Shown one piece after another: positions 18,556 through 27,345 of a stretch of 32,000 nt of DNA (position 1 is the first letter of the stretch; each line of letters begins with the position of its first letter). Source of the DNA: an uncultured bacterium (lineage in GTDB: Bacteria > Margulisbacteria > WOR-1 > CAVSGV01). The position numbers and the translations under genes were made by a program. A model generated the notes under the pieces. It had not been told where the DNA came from. It made no database searches and saw only the letters and a program-made list of their open reading frames with translations. The DNA lies in NCBI GenBank assembly GCA_963699255.1, contig OY969425.1:1738856-1770855 (forward strand). The letters are read 5' to 3'.

Positions 18556-19935
18556 TCAACTTCTTCCTCCGATCGTTATCTCCGGGATCCTGATCGTCGG
18601 CTGGCCGTCCGAAACCGGTGCGTGATCGTATTTTCCGCATGTGCCTGGAATGAATTCCAGGTCCCATCCGACCATATCGATCTTCTGCAGCACTTCGGGG
18701 CCGCTGCCGATGAGCATGGCTCCTCTTACGGGATGCTTTATGTTTCCGTTCTCAATAAGGTACGCCTCGGTGATCTCAAATACGAAGTCCCCGTTCGTGA
18801 CGTTAACTTCCCCTCCGCCCATTTTTTTTATAAGAAGGCCGTTCTTTATCGAAGCGATTATGTCGGAAGGATTGGTCAGCCCGGGCTGGATGAAAGTGTT
18901 GGTCATCCTGGGGACCGGCTTTGTCCGGAAAGACTCTCTTCTTCCGTTGCCCGAAGAAATGGACCCTATCAGCGCGGCATTGAACCTGTCCGACATGTAG
19001 CCCTTAAGGATGCCGTTCTCTATAAGAACTTTTTTCTGGGAAGGGGTCCCCTCGTCGTCGAACCTGAACGAACCGTAATTTCCCGGAAGCGTCGCGTCGT
19101 CAACTACCGTCACCAGCTCTGAAGCCACTTTTTGTCCCATCTTGTTGGTGAATATCGAGGTCCCTTTCTGGATAAAATCCGCTTCGAGGGCGTGTCCGCA
19201 GGCTTCATGGACCATTGTTCCCCCGGCTTGGGCCGCCATAACGACGGGCATTTTGCCTGTGGGGGCGTGCTTGGCATCCAGCATGAGCAGGGCGCGTTCA
19301 GCCGCCGCCCTTGTTATCTTTTCGGCGTCGTATATCTCAAAGAGCTCAAAGCCAACCGATCCTCCGGGGCCTTCGTATCCGGTCTGGAGGACGCCCTCTT
19401 TTGCCGCCACGACATTCACCGCGAACCTGGTCCTTATCCGGTTGTCTTCAACGTACATGCCGAGCGAGTTGGCTATCGTCACCGCCTGGTTCGTGTCAAT
19501 GTATCTTACGGTGACCTGTCTTACTTTGCTGCCGTAAGCTCTCGCTATCTCGTTCGATCTTCTGACTATATCAACTTTCTCTCTGATCGGGACGGATTCG
19601 GGCCTTTTCTTTATCACAAAATCAAGGGGCGACAGCACGGGTTTTAAGCTGACCTCTTTCTTGTTGGGGATTTTTTTGATGGAGTTTGACAGGAACATGG
19701 CCTTTTCCTTAAGAGGCTCGAAAGACAGGTCTTCGGATGCCGCGTAATATATGGTATCGCCGTCGATCACCCTTATTCCCGCGCCCACATCTGTCCCGGT
19801 GCTTAGCTTGTCAAGCTTGTTATCCTCGAACGTGATGGATGTCTGAGAGACTTCTTCGATGAATATATCGGCGAAATCACCGCCTCTGGAAAGTGAAATG
19901 TCCAGTATTTCTTCAAGTTCTGATTGATCAAGCAT
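18556..19935 (-). CDS. tldD: TldD-family metalloprotease
   Basis: 459 aa with an HEACGHALEAD metal-binding motif and a TldD/PmbA-like C-terminal Gly-rich region. Confidence 0.88.
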   Translation of the reverse strand: MLDQSELEEILDISLSRGGDFADIFIEEVSQTSITFEDNKLDKLSTGTDVGAGIRVIDGDTIYYAASEDLSFEPLKEKAMFLSNSIKKIPNKKEVSLKPVLSPLDFVIKKRPESVPIREKVDIVRRSNEIARAYGSKVRQVTVRYIDTNQAVTIANSLGMYVEDNRIRTRFAVNVVAAKEGVLQTGYEGPGGSVGFELFEIYDAEKITRAAAERALLMLDAKHAPTGKMPVVMAAQAGGTMVHEACGHALEADFIQKGTSIFTNKMGQKVASELVTVVDDATLPGNYGSFRFDDEGTPSQKKVLIENGILKGYMSDRFNAALIGSISSGNGRRESFRTKPVPRMTNTFIQPGLTNPSDIIASIKNGLLIKKMGGGEVNVTNGDFVFEITEAYLIENGNIKHPVRGAMLIGSGPEVLQKIDMVGWDLEFIPGTCGKYDHAPVSDGQPTIRIPEITIGGRS

Positions 19936-19941
19936 GTAGTG

Positions 19942-19952
19942 ATTATATCACA
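19942..19952 (-). promoter_or_regulatory. TGTGATATAAT extended -10-like element, 6 nt upstream of the tldD ATG (possible leaderless start)
   Basis: Minus strand reads ttTGTGATATAATcactacATG. No SD between the element and the ATG. Confidence 0.4.
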
Positions 19953-19974
19953 AAGAAGCGGTTAATTTAGAAAA

Positions 19975-20047
19975 TGGACCTGAGCGGGATCGAACCGCTG
20001 ACCTCCTGCTTGCAAAGCAGGCGTTCTCCCAACTGAACTACAGGCCC
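19975..20047 (-). tRNA. tRNA-Ala (anticodon UGC)
   Basis: The reverse complement GGGCCTGTAGTTCAGTTGGGAGAACGCCTGCTTTGCAAGCAGGAGGTCAGCGGTTCGATCCCGCTCAGGTCCA folds by hand into a cloverleaf. It has the G3:U70 identity pair and anticodon loop CTTTGCAAG. No encoded CCA. Confidence 0.9.
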
Positions 20048-20196
20048 ATGCCCCTGCGGGGAATTACCAATCACCAAATTCCAGATCCCAAGCAAATCCC
20101 AAATTCAAAATCCCAATTCCCAATTTGACATTGGGATTTTGTCATTCATTTGACATTTGTCATTGGTCATTTGTCATTCTCCGCTTCCTGGCGGAG
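20048..20196 (-). repeat. 149-nt tRNA-Ile/tRNA-Ala spacer filled with heptamer arrays and an 11-bp hairpin
   Basis: Plus strand reads ...TTTGTCA TTGGTCA TTTGTCA (20156-20176) and CCCAAAT/CCCAATT-type words (20086-20125). Perfect stem AAAATCCCAAT (20107-20117) / ATTGGGATTTT (20130-20140). Confidence 0.8.
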
Positions 20197-20273
20197 TGGT
20201 GGGCCACATTGGAATCGAACCAATGACCTTACCCTTATCAGGGGTACGCTCTAGCCAACTGAGCTAGTGGCCC
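20197..20273 (-). tRNA. tRNA-Ile (anticodon GAU), CCA encoded
   Basis: The reverse complement GGGCCACTAGCTCAGTTGGCTAGAGCGTACCCCTGATAAGGGTAAGGTCATTGGTTCGATTCCAATGTGGCCCACCA gives a 7/4/5/5 cloverleaf by hand with anticodon loop CTGATAA. Confidence 0.9.
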
Positions 20274-20358
20274 AAATTTCAGGTAAATTATTTTATCAGA
20301 TTTGATTGATAATTCAAACCTTATATAATAGAATCAGCCGAACGAAAGGGGGAAGATC

Positions 20359-20766
20359 ATGAAAAAAATTATCATCGGAGGCTTGCTTGCGGGCGCTTTC
20401 ATCCTGCTTATGGGTATGCTGTTCGGCGCGATGTCCGCTGAAATGTACAAGCTGTCACCGAAGGTCTTCTGGAAGCCGATGGGAGGGGACTGGTTCACGA
20501 GGGTCCTGATATACGATTTTGCCTCGGGCCTGATATTTGCCTGGGTATTCTCGATCGTGAAAGGATCAATCCCCGGTCCGGGGCTGGCAAAAGGCCTCAT
20601 GTTCGGGATCATGATGTTCCTGATAGGACCGTTCCACTCGGTATGGATGGCCTATCTCGTTATAGCTATCAGGGCAAAGCTGCTGGCCGTGTGGATGTTG
20701 AACGGCCTTGTGAACTACGTGTTTTCAGGCCTCATTTTTGAGCTGATCGACGAAAAAATATCCTGA
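20359..20766 (+). CDS. Hypothetical polytopic membrane protein (135 aa)
   Basis: Four hydrophobic segments. AAGGGGGAAG SD lies just upstream of the ATG. Confidence 0.7.
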   Translation: MKKIIIGGLLAGAFILLMGMLFGAMSAEMYKLSPKVFWKPMGGDWFTRVLIYDFASGLIFAWVFSIVKGSIPGPGLAKGLMFGIMMFLIGPFHSVWMAYLVIAIRAKLLAVWMLNGLVNYVFSGLIFELIDEKIS

Positions 20767-20775
20767 AATAAGCGC

Positions 20776-20803
20776 TTGACAAAGTCAGGCCAGATAGTAT
20801 AAT
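20776..20803 (+). promoter_or_regulatory. Consensus sigma-70-type promoter (TTGACA - 16 nt - TATAAT) upstream of the 23S rRNA
   Basis: TTGACA at 20776-20781 and TATAAT at 20798-20803, read directly. Confidence 0.7.
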
Positions 20804-20864
20804 TACCAGGCTTTATGCAGGAAAACTCAACTTAAAGTTTTTCTAACGCATCAGGTAGGCGAAC

Positions 20865-20889
20865 AAACGCACTTGATGTGCGTTTTTTT
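20865..20889 (+). terminator. Intrinsic-terminator-like hairpin plus T-run inside the 23S leader
   Basis: AAACGCAC / ttgat / GTGCGTTT followed by TTTTT (7-8 bp stem, T-run 20883-20889), about 80 nt downstream of the promoter. Confidence 0.5.
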
Positions 20890-20918
20890 GTCTTTATTAT
20901 GGGCCGAATTGCGGCCGT

Positions 20919-20939
20919 GATCTTTGAAAATTAAATAGG
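20919..20939 (+). promoter_or_regulatory. rRNA leader box GATCTTTGAAAATTAAATAGG
   Basis: Near-identical to 31907-31927. Resembles the TCTTTGAAAACTAAACA leader motif remembered from Bacillus rrn operons. Confidence 0.55.
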
Positions 20940-21034
20940 TTATTTTCACCGGGCGAGCCGCCCAGGTGGGAATGACCATGTCAAAGTAAGAACAAAGCGT
21001 CTTAGCGAACGATAGTTTGTATAATTAGCGGAAT

Positions 21035-23976
<2,942 letters not shown>

Positions 23977-24184
23977 TACCGTTAATTATACACGCTCTCC
24001 TTCGGGGGGCGAAAATTGATATCGATCACTAATGATAGTTCTTTGACATATATAGTTCCTTGCAAGCCGGACTTCATAAGAATGTAATAAGATGAAGCGA
24101 GGGGAGTAGGTCCGACGAGAAGTCGGACCGTTGAGGGGCTTTGCCCCTCAAGGCCGGAACGTAATAAATTAGTTATTTGCAAAT

Positions 24185-24299
24185 GTGGGTGACCATACCG
24201 GGAGTGTCCCACCTGTTCCCATTCCGAACACAGCAGTGAAATCTCCCAGGGCCGATGGTAGTTACTGGGCAACTGGTAGTGAGAGTAGGACGTCGCCCC
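24185..24299 (+). rRNA. rrf: 5S ribosomal RNA
   Basis: GTGGGTGACCATACCGGGAG...CCCATTCCGAACACAGCAGTGAAA...GAGAGTAGGACGTCGCCC. The ends pair as helix I. Boundaries are good to about 2 nt. Confidence 0.9.
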
Positions 24300-24344
24300 T
24301 TTTTCCTCCTTCGCCCCTAAAGGGCTTCGGAGGACTCGTGAAAG

Positions 24345-24378
24345 AGCTCATCAGAAATGATGGGCTTTTTCTGTTTTT
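24345..24378 (+). terminator. Rho-independent terminator of the 23S-5S unit
   Basis: AGCTCATC / agaaat / GATGGGCT (8 bp with one G.U) followed by TTTTTCTGTTTTT. Confidence 0.7.
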
Positions 24379-24402
24379 ATGCTGGAGGTCAAAGGACTGA
24401 AG

Positions 24403-24912
24403 TTAGAGAATGCTCCTTTGCTCCTGAATAGCGTCAAGAGTATTTCTGAAAAGATCCAAATGATCAAATATCCACTGCGCCAATATTTTGCTTCCATAAT
24501 CAAGCAGCTTTATCTTTCCATTGTGCATACCATAATTCTCTGCAAATGATAATGTGTGAATTTCAGAAAAAAAGATTTTATCAGTCAATTGATTTCTTAT
24601 GAACGACAGTTCATTTTTTGAAAACGCTTGAATAGGCAAAGCGGTATCTTGAATGTTAACTGCACCGAAAACGGAAAACCTTGTTGGTACTACAGCTTCA
24701 TATAATTTCTTTGACCACTTATTTTCGAACCGATTACTCCAAACGCCTTCCAAAGATTTATATGGAGCTTGACCGGCGCAAGGACGTTCATACCCTCCCG
24801 ACCATAAATGTTTAATATCTTGGCGCAACATTTTTATGTGTATTCTTGGGAGCTTTATTGTAGTTCTTTTGCTTACTATTGCGACCCTTGTTTCTCCATA
24901 TGCGATTCTCAT
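24403..24912 (-). CDS. Hypothetical protein (169 aa), A+T-rich, with protein-kinase-like loop spacing
   Basis: Clean ORF. IHTLSFAENYGMHNGKIKLLDYG has the H..(x)....N-x11-D(F/Y)G spacing of small Bud32/RIO/Kdo-type kinases. TTIKLPR and NRFENKW are possible Lys / alpha-C Glu positions. GATATAAT lies 4 nt upstream of the ATG. Confidence 0.6.
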   Translation of the reverse strand: MRIAYGETRVAIVSKRTTIKLPRIHIKMLRQDIKHLWSGGYERPCAGQAPYKSLEGVWSNRFENKWSKKLYEAVVPTRFSVFGAVNIQDTALPIQAFSKNELSFIRNQLTDKIFFSEIHTLSFAENYGMHNGKIKLLDYGSKILAQWIFDHLDLFRNTLDAIQEQRSIL

Positions 24913-24916
24913 GCCA

Positions 24917-24924
24917 ATTATATC
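24917..24924 (-). promoter_or_regulatory. GATATAAT -10-like element 4 nt upstream of the 24912 ATG
   Basis: Minus strand reads ttgccGATATAATtggcATG. No SD. Confidence 0.3.
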
Positions 24925-24955
24925 GGCAAAAAAGTAAGTTAAATTTCATTTTTCT

Positions 24956-26239
24956 TCAAAACCTTTTATATAGCCCCGAAGCTACCATCCCGGTTTTGCT
25001 GTTAAGCACGGTGTTCATTATTCCCGCGCGCTCCACGGTGAATTCTCCGAAGCGGTCATTTATGTCATCTATGGCCCTCATGACCTTTTTTCTGTTCTCC
25101 TTTGATTCAAATATGCTTATCTGGTCCAGGTTGTGGCGCAGGCCCGAGAGGGTGACGCCCACGAAGCGCGCGCCGTCCATCTTGCCCAGTTCGCGGTCAA
25201 GTATTGTCTCGGCTTCCTTGAAAATGTCGTAGCCGTCATCGATGTATTCCGGCAGCTTTTTCTGCCTGCCCCAGAAGTTGAATTCCCCCCCGACACTCCC
25301 GACACTGCGGTCGGGACAGGTTCGGTCGGGGCAAGCGATCCCGATCGTCAGATGCACGATATTGCCCTGATAATTATCCCTTCTCAGCCTCCTGCCCACC
25401 TGTTCGCTTAATCGCAGGAGATAGCCCTTGATCTCATTCATGTCCCTTGTGAATTTCGGCAAAGTGTATGAGTGTCCCATCGACTTGGCATCTGACTCGT
25501 GCCAGTGGGGAAGGACAGGAGAGTCGTCTTTCCCTTGTCCCATATGCCAAAGGTGTTCCCCGCATACGACCCCGAAGCGCATGACCAGCCTGTCGCGGGG
25601 ATACCGGTTCAGCTGGCCTATTGTGTGGACACCCAATTCGGCAAGATGGGACTCAAGTTTTCTGCCAATCCCGCAGAGCTTGGCTACGGGAACGTCTTTT
25701 ATCTTCTCCGGAATATCCTCCGGACGCAGGATTATCAATGCATCCGGTTTTTTAAGCTCGCCGGCAAGTTTAGCCATCAGCTTATTCGGGCCTATCCCTA
25801 TGTTGCAGGTAAGATTAAATTTCTCCCTTATCCATTTTTTAATATTCTGGGCTATTACGATCTCCCCGCATCTTGCATCTCGCGTCTCCCATCTCTCTTT
25901 TGTGTCCGTCACATCGATCCATGCTTCATCTATCGAGAATATCTCCACGAGGTCGGAATAAGTTGTCAGGTGCTTCATTATGGCTTTTGAGGTGGAGATG
26001 TATTTCGGCATGTCGCCTACTACTATTATCAGTTCCGGGCAGATCTTTTTGGCTTCCCAGGTGGACATGGCGTTCTTTATTCCGCGGGCTTTGGCTTCGT
26101 AGCTTGCGGCCGCGACGACGGAGGTCTTCTTTATCCCGCCGCCCACCGCTATCGGCTTTCCCCGAAGGGCGGGATTCGCCGCCTGCTCGACGCTGGCGAA
26201 GAAGGCGTTCATATCTATATGCAAGATAGTTCGGTTCAT
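24956..26239 (-). CDS. dinB: DNA polymerase IV (Y-family)
   Basis: MNRTILHIDMNAFFASVEQAANPALRGKPIAVGG, SIDEAWIDVT and little-finger region. 427 aa. Confidence 0.92.
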   Translation of the reverse strand: MNRTILHIDMNAFFASVEQAANPALRGKPIAVGGGIKKTSVVAAASYEAKARGIKNAMSTWEAKKICPELIIVVGDMPKYISTSKAIMKHLTTYSDLVEIFSIDEAWIDVTDTKERWETRDARCGEIVIAQNIKKWIREKFNLTCNIGIGPNKLMAKLAGELKKPDALIILRPEDIPEKIKDVPVAKLCGIGRKLESHLAELGVHTIGQLNRYPRDRLVMRFGVVCGEHLWHMGQGKDDSPVLPHWHESDAKSMGHSYTLPKFTRDMNEIKGYLLRLSEQVGRRLRRDNYQGNIVHLTIGIACPDRTCPDRSVGSVGGEFNFWGRQKKLPEYIDDGYDIFKEAETILDRELGKMDGARFVGVTLSGLRHNLDQISIFESKENRKKVMRAIDDINDRFGEFTVERAGIMNTVLNSKTGMVASGLYKRF

Positions 26240-26487
26240 ATCGATATGCAGGTCTTATTGATCTTCCAGATCAGCCTTTTCAGGTTCAGCGATAATTCAT
26301 AAGTATTCGTGTCGTCCGAAACCGAGAAGAGCATCAGCTTTTCTATGCCGTCGTGGTCCTCCCACTGGTAATTCACCGTCTTGATGTCGTACTTCCGGTT
26401 GTCATAGTAGAACCATTTGGGAAGGATGTGTCCGCCCTGGAAGACAGCGCCGACTTTTATGATCTTATCTATGTTAGTTGGTTCCAT
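26236..26487 (-). CDS. Hypothetical 83-aa protein translationally coupled to dinB
   Basis: ATGA stop/start overlap with dinB at 26236-26239. AAGG SD 7 nt upstream. Beta-strand-rich sequence with no motif I can name. Confidence 0.65.
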   Translation of the reverse strand: MEPTNIDKIIKVGAVFQGGHILPKWFYYDNRKYDIKTVNYQWEDHDGIEKLMLFSVSDDTNTYELSLNLKRLIWKINKTCISI

Positions 26488-26501
26488 GGTTTAACCTTGC
26501 A

Positions 26502-26623
26502 GTATATCGGAGTATCAGGGTATCAGTAGGAAGAGTATCAGAAGATCGGGATATCAGGATGGTTTTACCTGATGTTCTGATGCTCTGATAACCTGCCTAC
26601 TGATCTTCTGATGTCCTGATATG
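26502..26623. repeat. Mirrored word arrays: six (T/G)ATC(A/G)G words on the left arm, six CTGAT words on the right arm
   Basis: Left words at 26505, 26513, 26521, 26536, 26544, 26552. Right CTGAT at 26569, 26577, 26585, 26600, 26608, 26616. Spacings 8/8/15/8/8 on both arms, symmetric about ~26563. Central stem ATCAGG (26553-58) / CCTGAT (26568-73). Confidence 0.85.
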
Positions 26624-26652
26624 CTTCTTAAGCGTTCGAATAAGATTCTTCG

Positions 26653-27234
26653 TTAAAACTTTCTAAAAAGGCCTTTAACTCTACCCTGTATAGCGACGTC
26701 CTTAACGTATATCGGCTTCATTGAGCTGTTGGCAGGCTCGAGCCGGATGCGGGTCTTCTCGCGGTACATGCGCTTGAGCGTCGCGGCTGTGCCGTCCACG
26801 AGAGCCACCACGACCTCGCCGTCGTCGGCGGTATCGGTTTTTTCTATGACGATGAAGTCGCCGCTGACTATGTGGTCTTCTATCATGGAATTGCCCCTTA
26901 CCTGGAGGACGTAGCAGGGCTTTTTGGATACGAGGGTCCTGGGGACCTCTATTTCTTCCTGCTGCTCCATCACTTCTATGGGCATGCCTGCGGCGATGAA
27001 CCCAAAGAAGGGAAGGGTCACTGTGGCTTTAAGGCCGGGTATCCTTAAAGCACGTGACCCTTTCTCCCTTTCAATGAGCCCTTGTTCTTCGAGTGAGTCC
27101 AGGTATTTCTGGCCGGCGCGGGGGGAGGAGAAGCCGAATTGCTTGCATACTTCCCTGATGCTCGGCGCGAACCCTTTTTCGATGATGTGGTCTTTGAGGA
27201 ACTCGAGGATCTGTTTTTGCGTATCTAATGTCAT
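26653..27234 (-). CDS. lexA: LexA repressor
   Basis: Winged-helix N-terminus (IREVCKQFGFSSPRAGQKYLDSLEEQGLIERE), Ala-Gly cleavage site in FIAAGMPIE, catalytic Ser in RGNSM and Lys in LKRM. Confidence 0.92.
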   Translation of the reverse strand: MTLDTQKQILEFLKDHIIEKGFAPSIREVCKQFGFSSPRAGQKYLDSLEEQGLIEREKGSRALRIPGLKATVTLPFFGFIAAGMPIEVMEQQEEIEVPRTLVSKKPCYVLQVRGNSMIEDHIVSGDFIVIEKTDTADDGEVVVALVDGTAATLKRMYREKTRIRLEPANSSMKPIYVKDVAIQGRVKGLFRKF

Positions 27235-27291
27235 TGTCTTTTCCCCCTTGTTTTGCCTCTGATCTCTGGTCTCAGATCTCTTATCTCGTCT
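27235..27291 (-). repeat. Heptamer array in the lexA 5' leader (minus strand: gacGAGA taaGAGA tctGAGA ccaGAGA tcaGAGG caaaaca aggggga aaagaca ATG)
   Basis: Read directly. Eight in-phase heptamers (56 nt, 27290 to 27235) end exactly at the lexA ATG. Same GAGA-type unit as 15418-15480. Confidence 0.75.
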
Positions 27292-27293
27292 TC

Positions 27294-27311
27294 GGTATAC
27301 AAGTGTATACC
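27294..27311. promoter_or_regulatory. Candidate LexA operator GGTATACAAGTGTATACC (7-bp arms, 4-nt spacer)
   Basis: Perfect palindrome 60-77 nt upstream of the lexA ATG. A TTGACA -35 hexamer (minus strand, 27324-27329) lies 12 nt upstream, so the palindrome covers the -10 region. The geometry matches GAAC-N4-GTTC / GTAC-N4-GTAC type SOS boxes. Confidence 0.55.
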
Positions 27312-27345
27312 ATATCGGGAATCTGTCAAGGGGGAATTTAAAGGA

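Noticed and set aside
18622-19647. Plus-strand ORFs 18622..19122, 18641..19000, 19132..19647, 19142..19537 and 19311..19514.
   Set aside because: They are antisense shadows of tldD.
21019-21030. GTATAATTAGCG just upstream of the 23S as a second promoter (-10-like TATAAT).
   Set aside because: It forms one strand of the long 23S processing stem (pairs with 23969-23991), and no -35 lies at a suitable distance.
25117-26229. Plus- and minus-strand ORFs overlapping dinB (62-177 aa).
   Set aside because: They are antisense or off-frame shadows of a well-supported dinB.
26729-27262. Plus-strand ORFs 26729..26914 and 26924..27262.
   Set aside because: They are antisense to lexA.
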